Shown here in pieces: positions 12,540 through 23,953 of a stretch of DNA of 64,000 nucleotides (the first letter of the stretch is position 1; each line of letters starts with the position of its first letter). A program made the position numbers and the translations under genes. Source of the DNA: Narcine bancroftii (lineage: Eukaryota); contig NC_091482.1 of assembly GCF_036971445.1 (NCBI RefSeq), forward strand, positions 60,388,001 to 60,452,000, in the 5' to 3' direction. Under the pieces are notes generated by a model, which had not been told where the DNA came from, searched no databases, and was given only the letters and a program-made list of their open reading frames with translations.

Positions 12540-13225
12540 CCGCCCCCCTACCCCCTCCCCCCACTCCCCCCTCCAACCCCCCTCCACCCTCCCCCTAACC
12601 CTCCTCCAACCCCCTCCCCTAACCACCCCTCCCCCTACACCTCTCTCCCCCTCCCCCTAACCCCCCTCCCTAACCCCCTAACCCCCCCTCCCCCTAACCC
12701 CCCTCCCTAACCCCCCTCCCTAACCCCCTAACCCCCCCTCCCCAACCCCCTAACCCCCTAACCCCCCCTCCCCCTAACCCCCCTCCCTAACCCCCCTCCC
12801 CTAACCCCCTAACCCCCCCTCCCCAACCCCCTAACCCCCAACCCCCTAACCCCCCTCCCTAACCCCCCAACCCCCCCTCCCCAACCCCCTAACCCCCCAA
12901 CCCCCCCTCCCCAACCCCCTAACCCCCAACCCCCTAACCCCCCCTCCCCCTAACCCCCCTCCCTAACCCCCCTCCCTAACCCCCCTCCCCCTAACCCCCC
13001 TCCCTAACCCCCTAACCCCCCCTCCCCAACCCCCTAACCCCCAACCCCCCTCCCTAACCCCCCAACCCCCCCTCCCCAACCCCCTAACCCCCAACCCCCT
13101 AACCCCCAACCCCCTAACCCCCAACCCCCTAACCCCCAACCCCCTAACCCCCCCTCCCCCTAACCCCCCCTCCCCCTAACCCCCCTCCCCCTAATCCCCC
13201 CTCCCCCTCCCCCTCCCCCTCCCCC
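12540..13225. repeat. C-rich degenerate repeat with many CCCTAA (telomere-like) units, HACD3 intron 1
   Basis: Mixed CCCCTAA / CCCCAA / CCCTCCC units; the G-rich strand is the HACD3 sense strand. Confidence 0.9.
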
Positions 13226-13262
13226 ATCTCCCACGAAACTCGCGCGGGACGGGGCCCTTCAC

Positions 13263-13349
13263 CTGAACGTCGCTCAGATCCACCCTCAGGTACAGCTCGT
13301 CGTGCCTCTGGGCCCAGTAAACGTGCGGTGTCAGGCTCAGTCCCTGCAT
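13263..13349 (-). CDS. HACD3: HACD3 coding exon 1 (87 nt), very-long-chain 3-hydroxyacyl-CoA dehydratase 3
   Basis: ATG at 13349; MQGLSLTPHVYWAQRHDELYLRVDLSDVQ|gtgaag closely matches human MENQVLTPHVYWAQRHRELYLRVELSDVQ; within a CpG island. Confidence 0.95.
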
Positions 13350-13500
13350 CTCGGCGGGCGGCCTCAACCTCTTCACTGCTCCAACGACCGGCACGGCCGA
13401 CGCGCGCGTCACCGCAACGACCGGCACGGCCGACGCGCGCGTCACCGCGTCCGGATCAGACCGCCAGAGAGGCGGGCACGAGCGTGGCTGGGGCTCCCTT
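13350..13500 (-). promoter_or_regulatory. HACD3: HACD3 CpG-island promoter / 5' UTR with a 33-bp tandem duplication
   Basis: High CpG density; cgaccggcacggccgacgcgcgcgtcaccgc occurs twice (approx 13386-13448). Confidence 0.65.
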
Positions 13501-13711
13501 CACACAGTGATACAGAAGGTGGGAAGGAGCTGGGTTGTGTGGAAAGGTGAGTGAATAAAAATTACCTGGGATCTTCCCTCCACTCACCTTAAACCCATGT
13601 CCTCTGGTACTTGCTATTATCTCCCGAGGAAAGGGGGTTGCCCACCCTGACAAAGCTCCTCATCATGTCGGAACTCGCCTCTCACCTTTCGTTGTTCCAA
13701 AAGAGAAAAGT

Positions 13712-14180
13712 CTGTTCTCCATCAATCCAGGGATCAGGTAAACCTCTGCCCCCCCTCCTCTCCTCCTCCAATGCATCTATATCCTTCCTGTAAGGTGAAC
13801 ATGTTCTCCAATCCAGGGATCAGGTAAACCTCTGCCCCCCCTCCTCTCCTCCTCCAATGCATCTATATCCTTCCTGTAAGGTGAACATGTTCTCCAACCC
13901 AGGGATCTGGTAAACCTCTGCAACCCCACCCCCACCTCCTCCTCCAATGCATCTATATCCTTCCTGTAAGTAGGTGAACATGTTCTCCAACCCAGGGATC
14001 TGGTAAACCTCTGCCCCCCCCCCCCTCCTCCTCCAATGCATCTATATCCTTCCTGTATGGTGAACATGTTCTCCAATCCAGGGTTCTGGTCAACCTCTGC
14101 CCCTCTCTAATGCATCTACATCCTTCCTGTAAGGAGGTGCCCAGAACTGAATGCAATACTCCACAAGTGTGGTCGAACCC
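13712..14180 (-). repeat. About 75-bp tandem array (5-6 units) derived from a CR1 ORF2 segment
   Basis: Minus-strand units translate as YRKDIDALEE...QRFTR, the CR1 C-terminal motif; variable poly-C within units. Confidence 0.8.
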
Positions 14181-15129
14181 AGTCATTCTTCACATTTTTT
14201 TGGCTATGGTTCCCTTAGGACTCTGCTCAAAGTTTATGGGCCCCCTTCCAGATTTCAGATTTATTGCCATCACATTTAACCCTGAATTCTTTTTGTTGCG
14301 GACAGATTATTGCACTTATTGGTAGTGCAAAAAAAGTGTACATAACATGTAAAGAAATATAAACAATCTGACTGTGTCATACAGAGAGAAAAACAAGTGC
14401 AAAAGTTAAGAGTCCTTAAATGAATCCCTGATTGAGTTTGTCCTTGAGAAGTCAGATGGTGGAGGGGGAGCAGTTGTTCCTGAACCTGGTGGTGCAAGTC
14501 TTGTGGCACCAATACCTCATTCCAGATGGCAGCAGTGAGAACAGAGCATCTTCCCTGTGAAGCAGTCAAGTTTATTTGGTTTCTTTTGTACTTCTCTCCT
14601 ATCAACTACATAAAAAAAACATTTAAAATATTATGTTACATTAGATTATGAAAAGAAGTCAAGGTTTTTACTCTAAGAATAACAACCGTGGCTTGTGATT
14701 CCAGAACAAACAGACGTGGGAAATAATTCATATTGAACACGTAGGAAAGAGAAACATACATATTACAGAAAATAATCTGTTTTTCTTCTTTCTACCAACT
14801 GCGCACGACTATACACTTCCCCATGCTGTATTCCAATTGCCACTTCTCTGCCCATTCCCCCAGCCTATCCAAGTCCCACTGCGGATTTCCTTCTTCCTCA
14901 GCACTACCTGGCACTCTGCCCATCATCATCCAAGGTTTGTGAAGGTATTGTCCATTTTGGAAGGAAAAATAAAAATCACATTTATGTAACTGGTAAGAGA
15001 TTACAGAATGCTGGGTTGTAAAAGATTTCAGTGTTTGATTCACAAAAGGTCAGTGTAAGATACAACAAGAATGAGGAAATCTAGGCTCATTGTCAGGCAA
15101 TTGAACACAAAATTAGAAAGGATATGTCT

Positions 15130-16070
15130 TTGAACAGTGTGTGCTGGGTGGTGTGGATCCATGATGATTGCTGCTGCTCTCCAACACTAGTGTTCCCTAC
15201 AGATGTTCTCAACAGTGGGAGAGTTTTGCCTGTGATGTCCTGGGCTGTCTCTTTTGGAGAGCTTTGCACTCAGGGATATTGGTGTTCCCATACCAGACTG
15301 TGATGCAGCCGGTCAGCCCACTTTCCACTACATATTTATAGAAATTTGCCAGGGTTGCTCATGTCGTACCAAACCTCTGAGGAAGAAGAGGTGCTCATGT
15401 GCTTTCTTCATGATGCCATTAGTGTGTTGGGTCCAGGAAAGATCCTCCAAGATAGTGACTCCCAGTAACTTAAATTTGCTCACCCTCTCCACTTCTGATC
15501 CCCCAACGATCACTGGATTGTACACCACTGGCTTTCCCTTCCTGAAGTCAACAATCAGCTTGTTAGTTTTGGGAATACTGAATGCAAGGTGCACCACTCG
15601 CCAAGTTTTCAATCACCCTCCTGTATGTTGACTCATCCCCATCCTTTATACAGCCCATTACAATAGTATTGCTGGCAAATTTGTAGATGGTGTTAATTGT
15701 TCTGCACCACACAATTGTAGGTGTAAAGTGAGTAGAGCCCTATGGTGCTCTGGTATTGATGGAGATTGTGGAGGAGATGTTCTTCCCAATCCTCAATGAT
15801 TGTGGCTTGGAGTTGAGTCTCAGGTCTTGAGGTTTGCTGATCAATATTGATGGGATGATGGTGTTAAATTCTGTAGTCAATAAAGAACATCCTGATAAAT
15901 GCATTTTTACTGTCCAGGGCTTTGTGTAAACCAGTGAGATGGCATCTGGCCTAGACCTATTGCTACAGTTGACAAACTGGAACATATCCATGTCACTGCT
16001 CAGACAGGAGCTGATCTGCTTCAACACCAGCCTTTCAAAACACTTAATCACTGTTGATGTAAGTGCTACT
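15130..16070 (-). mobile_element. Degraded Rex/L2-like LINE RT fragment
   Basis: PVALTSTVIKCFERLVL, KTNKLIVDFRK and FKLLGVTILEDLSW motifs. Confidence 0.75.
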
Positions 16071-18188
16071 GGTTGCATCCTGTTCTGTCTTAACCAAAGG
16101 AATCAAAACACATTATATGATTGTACATTGTTAGCAATTTGACTGCAGTTTCTTAAAATCATTACAAAGTCCCCACAATTCAAGGCTTTTCCAATGGCTG
16201 TCAAGTGCGTTGTACCGAATGTCAGAACTTGTTTTCCTTGACTGATTAAATTCTTAGTTCCTCTTGCTCTCCAAGCCCAGATTGGCTCTGATTCAGCATT
16301 CCCTGGGTCAATATTAAGGGCAGCACAGTTAGTGTCGTGGTTAACACAAATCTGTAACGGCACCAGTGATTGGTTCCAGGGTTTGGACCAGCGCTGTCTG
16401 TAAGGAGTTTGTACATTCTCCCTGTGTCTACGTGGGTTTCCTCCAACCATATCGGGTGTTGTAGGTCAATAGGGTGCAAGTCTTATTCTAAAGCTGGTTT
16501 CATTATCAAATTGTGATAATTTGCTCCAATAAACAAACAATAAATATATCAGGCAGAAAATGCACTAACAGGAATATTTTCTTTCACTTGTACTTTAATC
16601 ATATTTTGAAAGATACATGTATAAAAATAAGATAAACCATATTCAGTGTAGTCTTCCAGTGTCCATGTCTAATCTGCGAACATCAATGCCCAAGTCGGTA
16701 TATTAACCATTCGGCTCTGGGTGGGCTGTGTGGGTTCCATCAGTAATAGGGAGCTGGAAAGGGAAGGCTATTGGGGTTTTAATATGGGGCAGTACAAAAT
16801 AAACTTGTGTCACCACACAATGGGACAGTCCGGCAAGCCTGACAAAGTTAAAGCACGATTAACCTTTAAAAATAAAGTTATTGGCCCAAAGATCCATTTA
16901 CACTGCAGCCTTGAACTTCACAACATTCCTTTAGATCACAGGAGCTCCATTTCTGGGTTAAAAGTAAGAAAGAAAAACAAACAATCTTAACTTGTAGTAA
17001 CTTTTGACAGACACATTTCAGTTTGCCACACCTCTCCTCAACTACATGCTACTTGGAAAGCCACAATGTCAGCTGTCAACCACAATGTTGACAAGAAAAC
17101 TTTCAAAGGGGGCCTAATCACAAAACAACCAGCAACTCCAATAGGGGGAAGACACCTTGAAATGAAGAAGCTTTAACATTCCCCAGTGAGAGGACAGGTG
17201 AATTTCCATCCTCACAAGGATTGGAATGTTGAGCACTCATTCCACATTATTATGCAACATTCAAATGGGAAGTGAGGAATTGCCTCCATTAGTGTTGTCT
17301 ATCCCATTATCTAGACCATTAATTTGTCAGGTGCTGTGGATTTGCACTTACGGGGCCTAATCCTGGTCACCACAGCCACCAGCTAGGTAAACGGGTCAGC
17401 AATGCAAACTTTTGCACACAGTTCTAAAATAAGCCTGCAATTTAATAAAAAAACGACAACCATCTACAACAGGAAGAAACAAAATCTCAAAAATAAACAT
17501 CTCATTTGTAAGTAAAAAAACTGCAATTGTCAAGTGTCAGCCATTATCGAGTAGCAGGATCACATTACCAGATATGAGTGGTAACACAAGTTCACTTCAT
17601 GGGACTTGGTTCTTGAAATTATTCAACTTTCTGCCTCATCTCTCTCATTGTACAATTGAAATTCAGGTTCACAGAGAGCAAGAAAAGTGGTTTTGATTCC
17701 TGGTGAGGAAACTGAATTAATGCGGATATTACCACTGACTATTCTAAATCAGGTTCAGCTGCAGCACTGAGCAGCTAAGTAGAGGAAAAGTCCAGCTTTG
17801 TTGCCAAACCACCTTCAGCTATACTGGATACTAGCAAACTTTGGTCACGGGGGGAGGGCGGGTGGCCTGTCTGCGATCCATGTTCAACTGTTGGAGGAGG
17901 GGTTGCGCATCCTGTGATCAATACCCACCCAATAAAAACACTGTTTTGCACAATCGAACGCCACACTTTGACCAAGCTTAGATGAGATGCTACGCACAAG
18001 CTTCCCTACACAGTGTGAGGAAGAATCAGCCAGAGTTGCCACACACAAACTATTTACTTTACCAAACTACCAACCCACAAATGGCAATAACGCTGAAATG
18101 GACTTTTGTAAAATTACACTGCTAAAATCCATTTCCCATTTGCTGTTATTTACAATGCTATTTCAAACATTTGATCAGCTCCGTTGTT

Positions 18189-18345
18189 TCAATAGTGATG
18201 GTGGTTCGACTGTGAATTGGAGCCTTGGCTGTGCGATTCACGAGACCTAGATCGATTGTAGCCGAGATCTCTGCCCTGCCATGCTTGGTTATTTGACCAG
18301 TTGCGATGGTCACTGCGCCCTCGATACAGTCTATAGTCTTGTGAC
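18189..18345 (-). CDS. RAMAC: RAMAC last coding exon (157 nt)
   Basis: tttttag|G TCA CAA GAC gives SQDYRLYRGRSDHRNWSNNQAWQGRDLGYN...HHHY*, the N/R-rich region of RAM; phase 2 matches the previous exon. Confidence 0.85.
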
Positions 18346-19583
18346 CTAAAAATTAAATCAAAAACATCTGATCTCATTCTGATTGCAGACTCATTTGTTT
18401 CAACAAACTATGCAAAACTTCCTCTTAAGTGTAGGAGGCTAAGAGATGACAGTGAATCATCAGGGACAGTCACTGTCTTCTCTCTAGGAGTCTAAAAGTA
18501 GAGGGCAAAAGTTTAAGGTTTGGTGATGGGGTGGCTGAGATTTTAAATTGTCCTGAAGGACAACTTTTTTTCACACAAAGAGAATAAACTGCCAGATATG
18601 GTAGAAGTGTGCACAAGTACAATGTTTAAAAATAATTCAGACACTATTTCACATTCCAGCATCTAGTTTTTCTTTTATTTTTAATGATTTCTTAATCCTT
18701 TTGGTATCCTTCCTCTCTAGGCACATCACATTGACTAATTTTGACACTTCATTCCCCTTGATATCCATAATGAAATGCTGGAATCTTGTAGAAAAGATTG
18801 CTGAAGCAACTTGGGTCAGATACTATCCATGGGGAGAAATGGTCAGTTAATATTTTGACCACTTCCTCTGGCAGCTTATTCCATGTGGATTTGGTTTGTC
18901 AAACACCTGTGCTCCATTTGTGGGTCTAAAGAGCCAATATTGCATTAAAACATTTTATCAAAACTAAGATTAAAAAAAGTAAAATTATAGACATAAAGAG
19001 GGAAAGAGGCCCAGAAGTGAAAGGGCAGAACATGTGAAGAGACAGGTGGAGGGAGAAACTATTTGGAAGGTGGGTGGGGGAAAGAGGAAAAGTTTGAAAT
19101 AAATTGAGTGCAGGGGTAGGTGAAGAGATCAAAACAATGGAATCAGATAGGAGTTGCCTAAAATTAGAAACTCAATGATCATGGCGTTAGGTTTAGGTTT
19201 CTCCAGGGGGAATATGATGTGTTATTCCTCAAGTTTACCTTTAGCCTCACCCTTACAATGGATGAGGCCAAGGACAGCCATGTCACTGTAGGAATGGTTG
19301 GCTACAGGAAGCTCAAATTTAAAACCATAAACATAGAACGGGTGTTCAGTAAAGCAGTGACCAATATCCATTTCGTTTCCGATGGACGCTGCAGGACCTC
19401 CTGAATTTCTCCAATGAGTAACCCAAACCAGATTTAGAGGATTAATCTGTATGTAATCTATAAAGTTTGGTTCTCACTTCTGTTCTCTATAATTAATTAC
19501 ATTAGTTCTGTATTGCCTTCTGACTGGATTGTTGCTATTTGCTAATATCATATCTGACAAGAGGCAGAGCACCATCTCAGCAC

Positions 19584-19738
19584 CTGTGGTTTCCACCATG
19601 TCGGCTCATCCAGTCCTCGACAATGGGTGGTGGATCGGCTACACTCTTCACCATTTCCTGATACTCCACGTCAGCTGCAGTGAATCGGTGAGCAAACATT
19701 TCCTCATAGTCTGGTATAGGTTCTGCTTCACTGGACAT
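19584..19738 (-). CDS. RAMAC: RAMAC (FAM103A1, RNMT-activating subunit) first coding exon (155 nt)
   Basis: cccag|aATG; MSSEAEPIPDYEEMFAHRFTAADVEYQEMVKSVADPPPIVEDW matches human EEMFASRFT...PPIVEEW; donor AG|gtgctg. Confidence 0.93.
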
Positions 19739-20059
19739 TCTGGGGACAAAAGGTAGACAGAACATTACAAGAAATAGTCTGCAGTTGCTGTGATAAGGAG
19801 GAACTCAGCAGGCCCCGCAGCGTCCATAGGAGGCAACGTTTCGGGGCTGGGCCCTTCTTCAAGGTATGAACAAAAAGCAGGCAGCACCTGAATAAAAATG
19901 CTGGGGAGGAGGGAAGAAGCCACGGAGGGGAAGCATAGACCGAAAGGCCATGGGTAGACATGGATAGAAGGGCAGCTGTATGAATGCAGAGCTGGAAGAC
20001 AGAATAGGGAACAAGAGAGAGCCAATGGGTGGGGAGCTGGAGGAACAGCAACATCAGGA

Positions 20060-20790
20060 TAGGGAATAAGAATAGATGGGGGGTGGAATCTAACAGAAAC
20101 CAGAGATGTCAATGTTAATGCAGTTTGGTTGGAGGGTGCCCAGACACAATATGAGTCAATTTGCCAATGAGTCAATTGCGAGTGGTCTCAGTTGGGCAGT
20201 GCATGAGTCCATGGACAGACATGTTGGCATGGGAATTGAAATGAGTTGCCACTGGGAGATCCACACAGTTGCAGTGGGCAGTTAAGTTGGTCAGTGAAGT
20301 AATCTCCTGCATCAGTCTGCATCCACTCTCTCCAATATAGAGCAGAGCACAATGGGAGCCCCGAATGGTGAAGAAAGGTGGTGTTGACGCAGGTGTAGCA
20401 TTTTCTGAGGTCACAAGTAGACGCCAAGGGGGCGATTGGTGGGAGAGGATAAGTAGTTGAGTCACGGAGGGAGAGGTCCCTGAGGAAGGTGGAGAGAGGA
20501 GGCGAGGGAAAGATAATGTCTGCTGGTGGGATCTTGTAGTAGGTCATGAAAATAGCCAAAGATTATATTGTTGGATGCAAGGCTGAATGGGTGGCAAGTA
20601 AGGACAAGAGGAATTCTGTACATCTTGCATTGTGGACGGAGGGGACCAGGGTGGATATGTGGGTCAGGTTGATGCTAATGAAGGCGAAGCCACATTTTTT
20701 TGAAGGACATCTTAGATGATCTGCCCTGTGGGCAGATGTGATGGAGGAATTATGAGAAGGGAATAGAATCCTTACAGGGGAAACAGTGTG
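20060..20790 (-). mobile_element. Penelope-like (GIY-YIG) retroelement fragment
   Basis: LLYIGES.CRL and DLPVATHFNS...MSVHGL motifs; related fragments at about 21200-21310, 22700-22929, 29941-30010, 30500-30930 and 50170-50990. Confidence 0.7.
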
Positions 20791-21669
20791 AAGAGACGTC
20801 TACCTGCTTTTTTGTTCATTCAGTACCACGATGAAGGGCTCAGGGCCGAAATGTTGTCTCCGATGGACACTGCAGGACCTCTTGAGTTTCTCCAGCAATC
20901 TCGTCTATTTAAAATAACTAGGACCCTTTCCAAATTTAAAATAAGGCTTTCCCTCTTGAAATGCTCAGGTAAAAAGACCAAATGTCAATGTCTCAAGTGT
21001 TTGGGTTTTTGAAATTGTTCCTGAAGGTTCTTGGCTAAGCATAAATGACAGGAAACATCTTCAAAAGGATGTAAAACATGAAAGTATTGCAGTCACTGTG
21101 ATTGTAGTTGAAATACAGAAATGCTGGAGGAGCTCAGCTCGTATCGCAGAGCCCATAGGAGGTAAAGATATATTACTGACGTTTTGGGCCTGATCCTAAC
21201 TATGTGAACATGTCTGTCCATGGTCTCATGCACTGTCTAACTGAGACCACCCACAAATTTGACAACACATCATCTTCAGTCTGGGCACCCTCCAACCAGA
21301 TGACTTCTCCAGTTTCTGTAAACCCCCTTGCCATCTTCTTCATCTAACTCTATCTCCCTCCGTTTCCATCTGTCTCCTTTCACAGAGCCAAACTCAATTC
21401 TCACATCATATCCAATTATCTTCTGTCTGTTGGTCTGTATTGCTCCCCTACCCATTCACGTTTTCTTTCCACAGGCGACTGTTCCCCCCACCCCACCCCA
21501 CCTTGAGAAAAGCTGAAGCCCGAAACGTCGGTTCCTGCTGAGTTCCTCCAGCATTTTTTCTGTGATTTGAATCGGTTAAAAAGGACGGCCAATAACTGAG
21601 AACTGAAATCCGATTAGAAAGGAGGATTATCAACTGAAACCTGACCGTCCGTCTACTGACTATTTTTAG

Positions 21670-22100
21670 CCCCGCCGGCCCCTCCCTCCCTCCCTCCCTA
21701 CCCCTCCCCGCCGGCCCCTCCCTACCCCTCCCCGCCGGCCCCTCCCTACCCCTCCCCGCCGGCCCCTCCCTACCCCTCCCCGCCGGCCCCTCCCTACCCC
21801 TCCCCGCCGGCCCCTCCCTACCCCTCCCCGCCGGCCCCTCCCTACCCCTCCCCGCCGGCCCCTCCCTACCCCTCCCCGCCGGCCCCTCCCTACCCCTCCC
21901 CGCCGGCCCCTCCCTACCCCTCCCCGCCGGCCCCTCCCTACCCCTCCCCGCCGGCCCCTCCCTACCCCTCCCCGCCGGCCCCTCCCTACCCCTCCCCGCC
22001 GGCCCCTCCCTACCCCTCCCCGCCGGCCCCTCCCTACCCCTCCCCGCCGGCCCCTCCCTACCCCTCCCCGCCGGCCCCTCCCTACCCCTCCCCGCCGCCC
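21670..22100. repeat. 24-bp minisatellite (CCTACCCCTCCCCGCCGGCCCCTC)n, about 17 copies, RAMAC intron 1
   Basis: Directly visible; G-rich on the RAMAC sense strand; followed by degenerate ccggagaccagacc repeats to about 22335. Confidence 0.95.
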
Positions 22101-22362
22101 GGAGACCAGACCCGGCCCCCTTCCCGGAGACCGGATACCAGACTCGTCCGGAGACCGGATCCTAGACCCGGACCCATTCGCCCGCCGCCCCGAGACCAGA
22201 CCCTGGCCCCCTCTCCGCCGGCCCCGGCCCCTCCCTCCCCGCCGCCCGGAGACCAGACCCGGCCCCCTTCCCGGAGACCAGAAACTAGACCCGGACCCAT
22301 TCGCCCGCCGCCCGGAGACCCGACCCCGGCCAAACTGCTCCGAGACGGAACCTAAACTTCAC

Positions 22363-22470
22363 CTCCCACAGCAGCCACGATCCGTTCGTGTACGACCTCC
22401 AAATCCGGCATTTCCGGTCCGCAGGCATCATCCGTCCCCGGAAAAGGGTCCCCTCCCTCCGCTGCGCAAC
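22363..22470 (-). promoter_or_regulatory. RAMAC: Putative RAMAC CpG-island promoter and non-coding exon 1
   Basis: CpG-rich; CCGGAA ETS-type motifs (22412-22417 minus, 22438-22443 plus); donor GAG|gtgaag at 22363/22362. TSS not determinable. Confidence 0.6.
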
Positions 22471-22929
22471 CTCTTCACCGCCTCCTTGTGCTGATCACTG
22501 AGGCCAAGTTGTTTCTATGCACCGCTTTGTCATACGTTGGCAGATGAAGAGTGTGACTGTCATGCCTGGACCAGCCGCTAACGACTCCCCACTTCTTGGC
22601 AGCAAACATTAAAACGCTGGCTTTCTCACAGATGGAACCAAGACAAGGAAAGAGAGCAAACTTGAGTCCAAGATTATTCTCCTGAGGTTGCAAACAGTAT
22701 TAAGTATAGGAATTGGGATGGTGAACAGGACCGTATTTGGATTATTTAGAGTAGGGAAGGAGAGATGGAGGGAGCAGTCCCTGCACAAGCTGGAAAGAGG
22801 AGGAGAGGGGTAGGACATGCCTGGTGTTATGCTCACTTAGGAGGTGGCAAAACTGGCATTTCAATTGCCTGCCCCATTCCCATGCTGACATGTCCCCAGT
22901 CTCATGCACTGCCAGATTGAGACCATCAA

Positions 22930-23408
22930 TGTGATATAGAGAATTTAGGTTAAAAAGACTTAAGTTAAAATGTGATGATTAATCATAAACAGGGAAGCCA
23001 GAATGGACAGAGAGTTTACTAGCAGTCAAGGACAGAAGGAGCTGCTGAATATGTTTTTTTTAAAAACCTATCTTTTCATGGTCATAGTGAGAGACATGCA
23101 GGAGACAAAGGATTGATAAGAAGTGTGAGAAACAGAATTCAGTGAATGTAGAGTTCACAGCGTACGTAACGAACGTGATAATTAATAATGCAGTTATACT
23201 TAGAATGTTTTTGTAATACTAACCAATTAAAACAGTATTAATAAGAAGGGGAAGGGCAAATAATAAAGGTATAAAAATCAATGCACTGTATGTATTGGGG
23301 CTTAACTGGTGAGAAACCAGTTGAGTCCAACTCTGCAGACTTGTAAATAAAGCTTGTCGTGTCATCAGTTTTAAAGAGACTCATGTGTGAGAAGTTTTAT
23401 TTCTGACA
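22930..23408 (+). repeat. 5' LTR
   Basis: TGTGA...TGACA; CCAAT 23223-23227, TATAAAAA 23270-23277, AATAAA 23346-23351; no difference from the 3' LTR found by eye. Confidence 0.97.
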
Positions 23409-23410
23409 AA

Positions 23411-23428
23411 TGGGGGCTCGTCCGGGAT
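23411..23428 (+). promoter_or_regulatory. Primer-binding site, tRNA-Pro
   Basis: TGGGGGCTCGTCCGGGAT, the classical MLV PBS-Pro sequence, 2 nt after the LTR. Confidence 0.95.
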
Positions 23429-23608
23429 CTACACTCCGGCCGTGAGGGGAGGCGAGAAGAGGGACATCGGAGGCGGTGCACCCCGCTGAGTTCAGCGGCT
23501 CCTAGTCCCTTGCTCGTCGCTTCGGGCGGCTTGAGCGAGTGGTATCCGGACAGGGTGACACGACAAGACGGAGAGGAGAAGGGTGACGGTTCAATCCCCG
23601 GGAAGACA

Positions 23609-23617
23609 CCGGTAAGT
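23609..23617 (+). promoter_or_regulatory. Putative major splice donor of the provirus
   Basis: CCG|GTAAGT consensus donor in the leader upstream of gag. Confidence 0.6.
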
Positions 23618-23953
23618 GACGACTTACGATTGTGGTGTGGGGATTGGGTAACAGGTGTAACGGGATACACCTGTTTGGATAAAAACCTAACGAAATAGAT
23701 TAAGTATAGATCTTTTGTCGTGGTGTGAGGACCCTGTCGCGGGACTCTAGGATAGACCCCAGGGAAACCTCGGCGGTAACCGAAGGAGGGACAGCACCTC
23801 CGACGAAGTGCCGAGAAGAGAGGGGTCAACCCCAGGAAAACCTCAGCGGTAACCGAAGGAGGGACAGCACCTCCGACGAGGCGTCTGAGAAGAAGGGAGT
23901 AGGGTCCAGAACGAGAGGGTCCTCAGCAACGATAAACAGATCTAGGTGGGAAA

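Noticed and set aside
13350-13445. N-terminal extension of HACD3 from an upstream GTG
   Set aside because: Arises from a 33-bp duplication in the 5' region; homology starts at the ATG at 13349.
23520-23605. tRNA-like motifs (GAGTGGT, GGTTCAATCCCC) in the ERV leader
   Set aside because: No cloverleaf or acceptor stem could be built.
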